A stretch of DNA of 63,686 bases, counting the filler, from Hyphochytrium catenoides (taxonomy: Eukaryota; Protista; Hyphochytriomycota): NCBI GenBank assembly GCA_900088475.1. It is 4 parts of 4 records of this genome, joined end to end, with 100 filler letters (N's around TTAATTAATTAA, not from the genome) between each part and the next. Parts side by side here need not be neighbours in the genome. Positions count along the whole stretch, not along the records: positions 25,471 to 43,656 come from FLMG01000055.1; positions 43,757 to 50,260 come from FLMG01002769.1; positions 50,361 to 63,686 come from FLMG01003467.1; 1 more part is not named here. The stretch is one strand, 5' to 3'. The notes under the pieces are model-generated. The model saw nothing but the letters and a program-made list of their open reading frames with translations, did not search any database and was not told the DNA's origin. Shown one piece after another: positions 38,952 to 51,150 of the stretch (the first letter of the stretch is position 1; each line of letters starts with the position of its first letter). Position numbers and translations under genes: made by a program.

Positions 38952-40167
38952 AGCCTGCACCCTAAGCGGCCCGAAAACTGACCGACATCTGTTCCGTATT
39001 TTCTCCCTTCGTTAGTCCTACTCTTTCCTTATTGAAACGAGGATGATGCTGAGTGCCAGGCAAGATTCATCAGCTCAGAAATAAAGTAAAGACGCACGGC
39101 TTTCCACCTGGTTGTGTTCCTATTTGAGATCCTTTTGCTAACGCGTTTGTTCTCTCGTTATTTGCTCAACGGTCAAAAGCATGGTCTTTCAGGTCTTTTC
39201 TTTCTTCCTCGCCGCTCGCGGTCCTTGTATATTGCGGCGACGAGGAAAGGACATCTTCCCCACCATCAAGAGCGAGTAATCCGAGAGCTTCATCCAAAAA
39301 GGATCGTAATAACAAAGAAGAAGACGTCAATGAAGCAAGAAGGTGACGTACGTACGGTGAGAAGGAGTTACATGGAACCACCGCCAGCACAACAAGAGGA
39401 ACGGAATCGTAGTGGCCCTTGGGCTAGGCGCCGCAGAAAATACTGCACGATAGGATAATAGGCATTGTACTCGGACTTGCAGCAGTACTAGTGCAATAGC
39501 TCTTGCCTCGTTAAATAATCCAATTCCACAGCTTTCGTCCTAGCGGCAATGGTATTGACCCTTGTTAAGCGTCCGTTGTCGAGCTCATTGTCATTTTGAT
39601 CATCTTCTTCATTACATCTTACTCTGTCTTCCGTTCTCTTCTTATTCTGCACTAGAAGACTTTACCTCCTGCTTAGGAGGTCAGAAGAGTTACGGCTAGC
39701 CCCGAGGAGCAGAGGCCCATGGCTGGGAACGAAGAGACGATCAAGCAGAAGAAGAACCCGACGGACATAAATACTGCTTCTAGAGTGCTGAAAGGACACA
39801 ATCATTGGCTGTTGTGGACTGATGACAAGAAGGAAGATGGCTAGAAAGTGTAAATGTAAAGGGGCCGGAGCCAATGGCTGGGATCGGAGGGAGCCAGAAG
39901 AGTTCGACGGATATATCCTGATCCTTCCTCAAGTGGTGGAGGACGATGCGGCGAACATCTGGAGGGCTGACGACTAGATTGTCTAGGTTTGTATGAGAGG
40001 TTTGCACGAAGAAGTTGGGATTATTAAAATAAAAAGTAGTTATTGCAGTTGTCATCCTAACTACGAGGAAGGAGGAGGTAAGAGTGCCTCCACCAAGACC
40101 TTTCTTCTATCACAAGTCTTCTTCTTTTTCAATTCTCTCTACTGTTGTCTGGGCTCATTCACCACTC

Positions 40168-40713
40168 TTAGTTGCCCTAACAGTGAGGGTAGCATTGTAT
40201 GGTCTTTCTTCTACGCACTCCCCCCTGGTTGCAATATACTTGGATATTTGTAAGCTTTTTGATCTTGCAAGCGTTCGCGAAAGGTATTTGGGAACTACTT
40301 GAGCAGGTGCACTGTGTATCAGAATAACTTCTGAAGTATACGCCTGGTGGAGAGGTCACATGATCCTTGCAATTGACCAGATTGCACGCAGGGAATTGCT
40401 GGAGACGACGTCCGCGGAAGAAACCTCCATCATCTTCTTTATCCGCCTAGCTAATGGGTTGTGAAGAGGTAGATAGTAGTACACCTTCATGCGCACCAGG
40501 CACACTCTCAAGGCCGTCGTCCTCCAGAATATCACTTAGTAGTGGCGCATCCTGAAGGTTACGGGTAGCCGCACCCTCCGGCTGTGCTAGGACAACAGTT
40601 CCTAGAGTAGGAGGTGTGTACAACAGCAGCACGCCCGCTGTTGCCGCGATGAGCAGGGCTCTCAACAGAGAACCAGCACCAGTAGTTGGACTACGACGAC
40701 CGTTGTACTGCAT
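40168..40713 (-). pseudogene. Secreted Cys-rich peptide precursor (signal + acidic pro-region + 8-Cys domain) interrupted by in-frame TAG at 40447-40449 (and 40177-40179)
   Basis: One continuous frame: MQYNGRR...LLRALLIAATAGVLLLY...TRNLQD...DILEDDGLE...QPIS*ADKEDDGGFFRGRRLQQFPACNLVNC...CTC...ACK...YC...QCYPHC*GN*. Confidence 0.65.
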
Positions 40714-41699
40714 TCTTCCTTTCTTGTTTCGTTGTGGTGTGAAGCTGGCGAAGGACCGATTAGGCTTTGATAGCACTTGGGAAAAGTGGAAGTGACTGGA
40801 GTAGGGTAGGGGAGGAAAGAAGGAAGAAGAAGAAGAAAAGGAGAACCAAGAAGATTATGGAGCAAGAGGAGAATGAAGGACAAACGGATGATGCCTCAGA
40901 TCCTCTAGCGTTGGTCCTTGTGACTCTTTCCTTCAGGGACAGCAATCTTCGCTGCCATTGTAGGAGTCGTGTTGCTTCGTGGTGAGTCTCTGATTTATTT
41001 CACAGCGAGAAGTGCTATCGGTTGCCGGTGGGTCGAAGGAGCCAAAGCGGAACAGGGACACTTCTTTCCCACATAAGAACTGCCAAGAAAAGGGGTTCGC
41101 AGTAGTAGAACCTTGTCGTCGGTTGTGCAAATTTTAGGCAGCACTCGTGGTGAGGCACGACATGTCTGAAGCGCGCTACTACTATACTCCTTGGGCAGTA
41201 TGGACGCTCTTCTTCTCTTGCTTATTTGGTAGCGGGGCTACATGGTGATCATGGTGCACTTTTTTTTCGCTCTTCTGGTTTTGCTGAGAATATCTGAGAA
41301 TATTATCAACTTTGATACTTCTTCTTCAAACTGCCTGGGCCTTCTGTATAATACATAGTAACAAGGGATCAACTACTGCTGCTTGGAAGAAACAAAGACG
41401 AGAAGAGAAGTAGGCAAAAGCTACGAAACTCTACTTCTTTATTACATTGATGCTAGAGGCAGGCACAAACTGAAAGAGACTACGAAGACTTCACAGCTCT
41501 TCTCTTTCTCCTTCTTTGTCATTTTGTTCGTCGTGGTTTTCTTATTCTAAACGGTACTTCACTTCTCGTTGCTAGTTCTTCTTGGTGTTAAGGTTAGTCC
41601 TGCGGATTCCTATAACTCCCCTCTACGAGGATTAGAAGTGTCTCCTGTCCCTGCAACTGGCTTCTCTAGTTGACGACTACCTGTAGGACTAGAGTAAAA

Positions 41700-42335
41700 G
41701 AAGCCAGTCGGGTAATAATAATGTGTTGCACCTTCTGCTGCCCCTCGAGTCTAATGAGTAGTTCAGTAGTACTACTACGATCCAGCGCCATATTGCTTCG
41801 CAATCTGAAGAGATGAATTTTGAGGCCGGTCTTCTCGCACTAATCAGAATCTCAGGATGTGCTACAACCACATTGATAGACGATCTGTAGCTAGCCAAAA
41901 CAATGAACAGATCGAGGAGATGTACAAAGAGTGATGATGAGATGATGAGTTGCGAGGTGCGAGCCAGCTGCAAGGTTGCCTAAAATAACAGGGGCCGATA
42001 TGGTAACAGCCGCCCTAATAACGTTCTAATAAGGTCTATCTGTAGAGCTAACAGCCACAGCAACATATTGACACGAGTAAGAGTCAAATGTGGGGTCGCC
42101 AACTTGAACATGACCTGTCCGAGCCAGTAGAAGCCGAAACAAAACAGTAGAACTAGTCAAGTGGCGAGCCAATGATGCGTTGTGGACTGCTGCTCAACCC
42201 ATGTGTAATTCATAAAGAGTGACGTCATAACAAGTTTAATCTGAGTTCTTTTTTGCTGTATATATTAGAGTTTGTCAGTTGCGGAAGCAGGACGGGTCTT
42301 GACATTAGCGGTGACCCTGTCTGACCTGCCACTCA
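41700..42335 (+). repeat. Copy 1 of a ~620-bp diverged repeat (segments A-B-C)
   Basis: Shares blocks with 42852-43457: 'CTGCCCCTCGAG', 'GAGGTGCGAGCC', 'GTCTATCTGTAGA' and 'CGGGTCTTGACATTAGC.GTGACCC.GTCTGACCTGCCACTC'. Confidence 0.9.
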
Positions 42336-42491
42336 TGTTATGACGTCGGTTTATAGGGTAGGGAACGTCTATTTTATAAAGAGTGGGAGGAGCCTTCCCC
42401 AATCCTTTTATAAGATAGAGACAAGTTTCCGAGCCGGTTGCATTACTATCGTCCATGGTGGCAATCGGAAAGTCGGAAAGCGACATGCCGG

Positions 42492-42765
42492 AGCTCTACA
42501 AGTACTACTTTTATTGACCACTTTTAGAAAACTCTTACTACTAGAAAGCATTAAAGAGCACTACTACAAATCTTTATACTACTCTAGTATTTATAATAAA
42601 CGTACCAGCTCTTAAGGTCTATCTAGAACCTCTAGCTCTACTACTACTTTTATTGACCACTTTTAGAGTGCTCTTACTAGTTCTACTAGAAAGCATTAAA
42701 GAGCACTACTACAAATCTCTATATTACCCTAGTACTAATAAACGTACCAGCTCTTAAGGTCTATA
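42492..42765 (+). repeat. Tandem dimer of a ~142-bp AT-rich unit
   Basis: 'TACTACTTTTATTGACCACTTTTAGA...CTAGAAAGCATTAAAGAGCACTACTACAAATCT...AATAAACGTACCAGCTCTTAAGGTCTAT' occurs twice, with units starting at about 42492 and 42634. Confidence 0.95.
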
Positions 42766-42851
42766 CTAAAAACTGTACAAGGACGATAGTACTAAGGGAT
42801 GCTACTGTACTTTTAACCAGAATATCGTTATTAGTTATTATTACATACTAA

Positions 42852-43457
42852 AACAGCCGGTCGGGCAAGCCTGGGTTGCGCCTTTTACTGCCCCTCGAGC
42901 CCAATGGAGTAGAACTACTACAGTCCAGCACCAGGATCTCAAGAAGTGCTAAAAGCCACCATTGGCGAATGATATATAGCGAGGCAAGGAGAGGTAGATC
43001 ACCGGCTTTATACCGTAGATAGTGTGATGGTTAGTTGCTTTCCGGATCATGAGGTGCGAGGTGCGAGCCGGCCAAGGAGCCGGCTGCAAAGCTGCCTAGA
43101 TTACTATGGGCCGATGTGGTGACAGCCGTCCTGATAAAAGTCTATCTGTAGAACTATTATTATCTACAACTAACAAACTCTAATAAACGGACCAAGAAAA
43201 CGTATAGATTTGGATTAACTTGTCATGCCGTCACTCGGTATGCATTATACGTGAGTCGAGCCGCAGTCCAAAACGCATCATTGGCTCGCCACTTGACTAC
43301 TGTTTTGTTTCGTACGGAACTTCTGGTGTATTGAACAGGTCATGTTCGGCGATCCCCCACATTTGACCCTTACTCGGGTCAATATGTCAATATGTTGCTC
43401 TGTCTGAAGCGGGGCGGGTCTTGACATTAGCTGTGACCCGGTCTGACCTGCCACTCG
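42852..43457 (+). repeat. Copy 2 of the ~620-bp repeat, with segment B inverted
   Basis: 43166-43398 is a diverged reverse complement of 42060-42282, while the flanking segments are direct repeats. Confidence 0.9.
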
Positions 43458-43656
43458 GGCCCTTCGCGGTTCAGGATAAATAAAAATTTCTATAACACCG
43501 GGCATTTTCCAAAAGTCGAAAAATTTGGGCCGATCCTTATAATCACGTTTTGAGTTTTGAGTCCCCCCCCCTGCCCGATTGTGAAGAAAAGTTCGCTTGA
43601 AGTCACTGACGCGGATGTGCGCGTGCCCTTTGCTAGTCTCATCTCTCGAGAGGAGA

Positions 43657-43756
43657 NNNNNNNNNNNNNNNNNNNNNNNNNNNNNNNNNNNNNNNNNNNN
43701 TTAATTAATTAANNNNNNNNNNNNNNNNNNNNNNNNNNNNNNNNNNNNNNNNNNNN
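43657..43756. other. Artificial contig-join spacer
   Basis: N44-TTAATTAATTAA-N44. Confidence 0.97.
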
Positions 43757-43964
43757 GAAGTGCCTTTGCCTGAACGTTGAGACACTCATGTGAGACTGAC
43801 ATCATTCTACTTCTAAAGGGAGCGAATAAGACTACAGGAATGTGCTACCTTTGTCCGAGTTGGTTTGCAGTCTATCTGCAACGTAATCCATGGCAGCAAG
43901 TGGTCCCGCCTACAATTGATGTCATATATAAGATGCGGAAGCTAAGCCAAGGCAACGCCTATAC

Positions 43965-46806
43965 CTGGTGCCAGAGGGAAAAGTAGAGTGCCATAGAGAT
44001 GTTTCCCAGAAGTACCAAGGCCAGAGCGTAGCGGAGAGCGCGAGTGCCAACTGCTTTGACTGACCATTAGTTCCACGGTTTTTAGCATGGCAAGACTATT
44101 AAATCAGAAGGTCGGAACTAAAGACATGGGAGCAATGAGAAGCAAGAACCACAAAAGCTCTAGACAAGACAGCGATAGAAAAAGCGGATGGCGATTGAAG
44201 TCAATGGTGTGCCCAATTCTTACCTCTTGTTGCGCCGGAGGCAGCGCGAAAGGCAATACTTTGCAGGGAACAGCCACAAAAGAGCATCATCAGCGGCAAG
44301 AGAGGAAAAAGGAACCTAAACTCTAGATGACAGAGTGCAATAAGAGAGACAGCGTAGTGAACAATGAACAAGGGTGTTAGAGGTTGGGATAGGCGTCGCT
44401 TGGCGGTATGGAATGGTGTTATTCTTTTACCTTTATGAGGAGCAAGGCTAGTGAGGAAAGTTGTCCAAGACATTAGACCCACCAAAGAGAGACAAGATCC
44501 CTGCACCATAAACCGCTTAGTATGCTCACTTTTATAGCGACGAAATGACAGCATGAAACAGGTCTGGGGGAAGCGAGAACATAAGCAAAGAGCCCAAAAA
44601 GAGAGAGAGAGAGAGACAAGGGAGTGGGACAAACAGGGAGAAGAGAGAGGTGAGCATATGTCCTGACTCACCCCATTCTGGTAGGACTTCCATACGCCAT
44701 GAACGAAAAGAGGTAACAGGGGCCCCAGGAGGGTCGGGATGCCCGAGGAGAGGTACCAGTGCCAGGGGTGAGTCCCATACAACCGATCCTTGCCCTGGCC
44801 AAGAATCGTCAGCGTGACACTGTCCTCTTTTTAGCATCGCCTACCTATAGCTGCAAGCTATTGCTATGTCGGATAGATCTCCTTCTGAAACTCGAGACTT
44901 TGCGTGGCGCCCGCCGCTTTTACCTCTAAAAAGTTGAAGGTGAAGAAGTTCCACGGCACGATTGTAGGCCTGCCGTAGAAGTAGGAATCCACTCCGATAG
45001 AGGACCCCAAGGCTAAAACACCGATAGGAAGGACCTCTCCAAACAGAAATCGAAGTCTTGTTGTGCAAGCATATACGCAAATGCGGAGAGAATTTGAAGG
45101 TTAGAATAGGAAGTTGTATCACCCTCTCGTCCTGTTTGGGGCTGGCCCAACCTGTCCTGGCTATACCAAAGATGTTCCAAGCCTGCATAAAGCCAGATGA
45201 TGGCGGCAGTCGGCCTAATGACACATGCAAAGGCCGCAAGCGATAAGGCAATAACTCGATGCTCCCGAGGACCTGTCTTTGGGTAGGGTGAAGTACGCGG
45301 ATCAGGATTGAGCAATAGCAGCAGAGGAGAGAGGCAATATCGCAAAAGGGGCCCTAAAGTGAGAAATGAACGAATGCTGAAAGATAGCCAGGGAAAGTAC
45401 ACCAGGTCTCTTTCTGCCTTGCAATGACTAGGATGAGGGATCAGCGGGCTTGAACATCCCACACATCAAGAAGCCATGTAGACGGCGGCATCATGAAAGG
45501 TTGACTATCTCTCCCTCTAAGCTCACCAGGCAAAAAAAAAACGTGCCTAACGTATGCCCATCCCAGACTCTCACCTGCTCCTTGATGGGCCAGTAAGCCA
45601 AACCACAGACGGTGAGAACAGCTTCCAGGGAGTTAGAGAAGGTACGGACGCTGCAATAGAAATTGAACCAGCAGACGACCTGTAGGACCAGAGATGAGAT
45701 AATGGACTAATGGACATGCAGTGTGTCAGTGGCTAATAAAAAATACTCAGCTCCTTGAGAAGCTTCAGTCCTAGAGTGTGCGAGCATAAGCTACCATCTA
45801 TAGACTAATAGAAAGAACAGGGGGAGAAGGAACACTCTACCGCCGATGAAAGTAGCAACGGCGATGACGAGAACGGCAATTGTCACGGAGAGTTAACCAT
45901 TGCAATCCTCGTAGAGTCTGGCCTTCTCACCTGACAAAATAGAGCACAGCGAGCGGCCGATTCTCCGAGGTGCCTTTGGGCCAAGCGGTAGGTGAAGAGA
46001 TCACCGAGGGCGGCAAAAATGGCCTTGATTGGAAGGCAGCGTTAGTTGGTGTGGAAGGTGCATCGAGCATAAGAATGGGGTGTAAGAGCGAGAGACCTCG
46101 GATAGGGCAGACGCAGCTTGATAAAGAGCCAGCACAAAAAGGAGTTCACGCTTCAGACGGAAATTCTAAGCTCGGACATTCAGCGTGCGTGCGAGATTTG
46201 ACCTGCAAAAGTCGAGGGGAGTACGCCACCATCCACCGGCTGTCCAGCCCCAATACCGCTAACCCTTTATAGAGTACCGCAAACAGCAGAGGATGAGTGT
46301 ACCCTCGAATCCCTTCTTCCCACTCCCAGGTCCTAACGCAGCCAGTAGCACAAGCATGAGAAGAAGGTGAGAGAGAACCTTGCGAATCGAACGTAGCGCC
46401 TATCTGTTGAGAGCAACGGGTCCGAGATAAAAGCAGCAGAGGACTTGGCGTAGGTTGGAACGAGAAGAGGAGCTTGCCTGGTGGCCGAGGCAAAAGAGAA
46501 AGAGAACGACAAAGCAAGAGACGCAAAGAACGATGCAACTTGACAGGAGCCCAGCGGAGCGTACAGGTATCCATAGCCAAAGACCATTCGGTGAGCGACC
46601 TCCAGACTTTGCCAGTATTCATCGGGATTGAAGTAAGTGCGAACCACTAGGGCATTTACACTTCGAAAGACGAGAAGTGCGAAGAAAAGATGTGTCGCTG
46701 ATAGCGCTGTCTGTCCTTCTGTTCGCTTAGCAGTGGACTCTACCCTCTGCCTCCCTGCCTCCTTTCCTGTCTTTCGTGTCTCGTTCCTCCTTTTCCGCAG
46801 ATCCAT
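43965..46806 (-). CDS. PIGB: GPI mannosyltransferase 3 (PIG-B/GPI10), 3'-truncated by the contig break
   Basis: '[26 protein letters not shown]|[17 protein letters not shown]', '[17 protein letters not shown]', 'IRPTA', 'YGTHPWHWY', 'HK|EFRFLFP' and 'ALYFSLWHQ'. Confidence 0.93.
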
Positions 46807-47491
46807 TGTCCGTGGAAGTGTGGACGCGAAGACTGCTCGCTGCCTGCCAACGCCCAACCTACCGAGGAGACCTTCATAGCTTAACCTAGGGCATCTCCTG
46901 GCCAGATTGAGCAGACATCGCGTGGAAGACAGAGCCTGAGACGAGGAGAAGACACGGAAAAGCAGCCGCGTGCCAGGCAGCAGAAGAGCTGTTGAAGATG
47001 AAGAGACCCGCGGCCATCATCGGAGCTTGAGACGATGGACGGACGACGAAATATTTCAAGCGTAAACAATGCAAAGCAAAATTAATAGTTTCCCCAGGTT
47101 TGGACAAAGAGCTTTGGTCATGGAAAGTTGCTATAAATGCCGAAGCTTTGAGCGAAAGATTGATTGAGAAGAGTGAAACTGGTTCTGATCTTCACTTCTG
47201 CCTTCCTCCTTCGATCGCCTCATCGTCTTGCCAGCTCTCTTCTCCTCGCTCGTTGCGAAGAGGCTCTCTTCAGTGCTCTTCTTGCGCTGGGCGTCTCGCT
47301 CTCTGATTGTGTCTGGCTGCTGGGAGTCTCTAGAAAGGCAGTTGACTCTTACTACTAACGGTGTGAGGCATGTGCCAGACGCGACGATAGGCTGTGTAGA
47401 ACGGTGTCCAGGTCGTGAACGTTGGCCTGCCTCAGAAGTGGGTGGTGACATTGTGAGAAGAGGAGCTATCTAGAGAAAGAGGAGGGATCCC

Positions 47492-49268
47492 ATGGAGCTA
47501 GCGAACTCTCTCCTTCTGATCCCGGTAGCTGCGGTTGGAGTCTTCCTTGTCTTGCTGCCTTACAGCCCGTTCTTGCAAGGCATCATAGTGTTCTTTCCTG
47601 TCCCATACTTCTGGATTGACTTTACCAAGCCACATAAGCGTCAATTCCTCTTCAGCGGACTATCAAACACCCTGAACTTCTACCTGCATAACGGCCCTGT
47701 ACGTCTCGGAGTGTGGCATAAATTGCCAGACCAATACCGTGAACAAAAGGTCGGGGAAGCGTTGGGTCAGGAAGAAAAGAGAGAGAAGCGAGTGGTCTTT
47801 TATCTTCATGGGAACGGCGAGTCTCGAGCCTATTGGAAGAATTTACCGAAGTACAATGCCTACACAGCTGCTCCCTACGGTGCCCATCTCGTGACGCTGG
47901 ACTACAGAGGTAAGCAGTCTCTCTCCATTCTCAACTGTCAATTGTACTTCTCTCTCTTCTAGAGCCCCTTTCGTCCTCTCTAGTCTACACTCAATACCAA
48001 GCATTTCCTCCTTGCCTACTCTATCTTGGTCTCTGTCCATGTAAAGACTTCTTGCTTCAGGGTCTTGCCTTCCAACTCAACCCTTCTTACTCTTCCTTGC
48101 TTGCGCTACCATGTTTGCTCTTCTCGATCAATGGCTGTTGATTGAATCTCTTTTCTCGTTCTCTCTCTTGTCCCAAAACAGGCTATGGTGACTCTTCTGG
48201 ATATCCTCACGATGAAGATTCTGTTTTCTCCGACGTGATGACAGTATGGAATTGGATTGTGACTCCAGAGCAAGAGGGAGGCCTAGGAGCTAAGCATGCC
48301 CATGTCCTAGTCCATGGGCATTCTCTGGGTGAGGACCATGTTCTCTATTCGTTTGGTCCGCCCCGGCGTCCTTCTCTACATTGGTTGTTCCTTACCGTCA
48401 AGTTCTTGTCCCTCTCATTAGTCCATGAATTGCCCTCGTACCGATCCCTGCATCGTCCTCTTGCCACGGCTGCGCTCCTATTCTCTGATGCTGACTCGTC
48501 GGTCTCTCAGTGTTCTGAGCCTCTATTAAGCTCTCCGCTGCCCCTAAGTTCCGGCTTCATGCAAGCCCTTTCAACTATTACTCTCTGTTATCATGTTGTT
48601 TGACGTTTAAGCATCTCCTAGGAAGTGCCTTTGCTATCAGACTTTGCAAGGAACTGACTGAGGCTCAGCAAAGCGCTGCTGGTTTGGTCCTGGAGGTAAG
48701 ACATTCACTTTGGCTGCACTGCCTGCCACGTACTTTTCTCGCTTCGGCATAGTTCAACGTATCAAGAGGTGAAGGACAGCAGAGCTCCGCTATCTCGCTT
48801 GCTATCCTTCGTTAACGACCCAGCCCCTTACCTGGTGCATCTCATTGTCATCTCGTACCTCTGGTCTTCCTCTACTAGGCACCATTTACTAAGCCCTCCG
48901 AGTGTGTGACCGTCAAGTTTCCTTCTCTCCAGCCTTATCTGTCGGGCTGCCTCGTGCACGACTTCCCTTCCATAGACAGAATAGCAGCAGTGGACTGTCC
49001 CGTTTTCCTCTGCCACGGTGCAAGAGACTCCATAGTTCCGTGCGTCCTCTCAGAGAGACTCTTTCTACGTCGAGTAGCAGAGAGAGAAAAAGTTGATACT
49101 TCCCTTGTAGCTGCTAAGCTGCAGATGGTCTCTCCTGACCCTATAGAGATGAGAGACACTACGTATGTCTCAGTAGAGAATGGTGCCCACGACGACCTGA
49201 TGGAGTACCCTCAGGTGGAGAAAGCACTGCGACGGTTTTGGAGCTCCATCTTCCCTGAGACGAGCTGA
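47492..49268 (+). CDS. ABHD12/ABHD13-like alpha/beta hydrolase with N-terminal membrane anchor, multi-exon
   Basis: 'VVFYLHGNG', 'TLDYR|GYGDSSGYP', 'LVHGHSLG', 'GLVLE|APFT', 'PVFLCHGARDSIVP' and 'GAHDDL' (Ser-Asp-His triad). Confidence 0.9.
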
Positions 49269-50147
49269 CAGTCCACTTCCTGGGTCACGTTATCAATTCA
49301 GAAGTGTCGTGACCTGGCTCCACTCTCACTCTCTCTCTCTCAGTCTCTCTCTCGGGGTAAGTCTCTCGCTCCTTTGTCTGTGTGTTAGTGTGTAGCATAT
49401 ACAATCTATCAGCAGACTCGTTCCTCGCTCTCTCCCTCATTAAGCGGTATCGAGGGCTCTGTGTAGCCAGTACAATGCTAGGAGTTCAAGGCAAGAGGTG
49501 TCTCAAACAAATGCATAAGCACTGAACCTTATTCATTAAGAGACCTAACTCTTACTCTGAAGAATGGAGAAGCTGAGACAACATCGGAATGCGTGCGTCC
49601 TTGACCCTGCAGAAACGAAGGTGGAGATGGGAGATCCGTACCAATCCCTCCATCAGAAGAGCGCGACCAACGGTCCGTGGCACCAATAAGAATAGACAGA
49701 TCAATGGGAAATGTCGCTGGACGACGTGGAAGAACGACAGGCAGCACTGGGAAGGAGTTTGACAGAAGAAGGGAGGACAGAGAGAAGAGAGAGAGAGAGA
49801 GAAGGTCAATGATGAACGAGGAAGCAAAGATCCAACTACGGTTTTAGCCGTTTTCTCTCTCTCTCTTGGTCGACAGCACAAGAAACTTCTTCAAGCCTAA
49901 ATAAGAACTGAAGATCCTTAGGGTCGCTAACGTCTAGTAATCTGGGCACATCTGAAGACTGAAGAGCAATCAGCAATGAATGAGTCGGAACTGAAAGAGC
50001 TTCCAATGGGCCCTGTCGCTCATGTCTGGCCGTGGAGAGCTTGAGGCTAGCACGCTGTGGGCTGGTACGCTGTAGGGAGCTGAGTAGTACGCTAGCAAAA
50101 CATTAGCCTGGGAAGACAAGATAGAAAGAGGTATCAACACGAAGGCA

Positions 50148-50260
50148 ATGTGGACTCGCCTCGCGAGAACCGCCGTTTCCTCGCCTCGGTTGCTGTCGTC
50201 TCGCCGCCCAGCATACTCCTCCGTAGCACAAGCGCAGACGCCAGTCCGTGTCGCGGTTAT
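50148..50260 (+). CDS. 5' start of a probable mitochondrion-targeted Rossmann-fold enzyme, cut by the contig break
   Basis: MWTRLARTAVSSPRLLSSRRPAYSSVAQAQTPVRVAV: an Arg/Ser-rich presequence with no acidic residues, followed by a beta1-like 'PVRVAV'. Confidence 0.6.
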
Positions 50261-50360
50261 NNNNNNNNNNNNNNNNNNNNNNNNNNNNNNNNNNNNNNNN
50301 NNNNTTAATTAATTAANNNNNNNNNNNNNNNNNNNNNNNNNNNNNNNNNNNNNNNNNNNN
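50261..50360. other. Artificial contig-join spacer
   Basis: N44-TTAATTAATTAA-N44. Confidence 0.97.
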
Positions 50361-50394
50361 TCTCTCTCTCTCTTTCTTTCTCTCCCTCTCTGAC

Positions 50395-50660
50395 CTGCAA
50401 GCATCGCATCCACGTCACCAAGCCGGAGCACTCCTTTGCTGCCCGTATCATAGAGATCAAACGCGAAAATAACCAATGTCGCATGGTCGAGGATGCAATA
50501 ATTCCATAGAGAGACAATGAAGTCTCCGAAATTAACGTGCCCGCTGCCGTCCTCGTCGAAAATTTGTAGGACACGGCGCGTGAAAGCGTTGTTGGAGACC
50601 TGAAGGTAGTCCGAGAGATCGTGGTAGGTCACCTCTCCTGGCCGCTCGAAGTTGATCTAA

Positions 50661-50705
<45 letters not shown>

Positions 50706-51150
50706 GGAGAGAGTTTAGGAAGCGAGAGACCACAGCCAGTGAAAAAAGAGAGCCTTAGTTACAAAGAAAATAGACTGAGGAGCGAGGAGAGAGAGAGAGA
50801 AGGAGAGATGAAAGGTGGGAGAAAGAGAGTCCGAAAGAAAGAGAGGCAAACAGTTTGAGAGAGAATGACAGAGAAAGAGAGAGAGAGACAAAGAGACAGA
50901 AAGAGAGTAAGGAATGCTAGAGAGAGAAGAGAAAGAAAAAAGCCATAGAGGAGAAAGCGGGAGAGGGATAGTCGAGGCAGGACAAAGAGAGATAGTTCCA
51001 TGGTCACATCTCCGTTGTTACCTTCAAGAAGCACTTAAAGAGCTCTTCCACTTCGTCTCCAGTGAGCCCGAGAGGACCGAACTCCGCTTTATAGGCGTCC
51101 AGTGGATAGCTCGAGACATCCACGTCCAAACATGGCAGACAGCGATGCAT
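50395..51150 (-). CDS. Calcineurin-B/recoverin-like EF-hand protein, 3'-truncated; exons 51150-51022 and 50656-50395
   Basis: 'LGLTGDEVEELFKCFLK|INFERPGEVTYHDL...NAFTRRVLQIFDEDGSGHVNFGDFIVSLWNYC...LVIFAFDLYDTGSKGVL'. Confidence 0.85.

Noticed and set aside
40177-40449. Genome-wide TAG=Gln reassignment explaining the in-frame stops
   Set aside because: TAG appears to terminate GPD2 and the ERICH2-like gene normally, and the conserved exons I read show no internal TAG.
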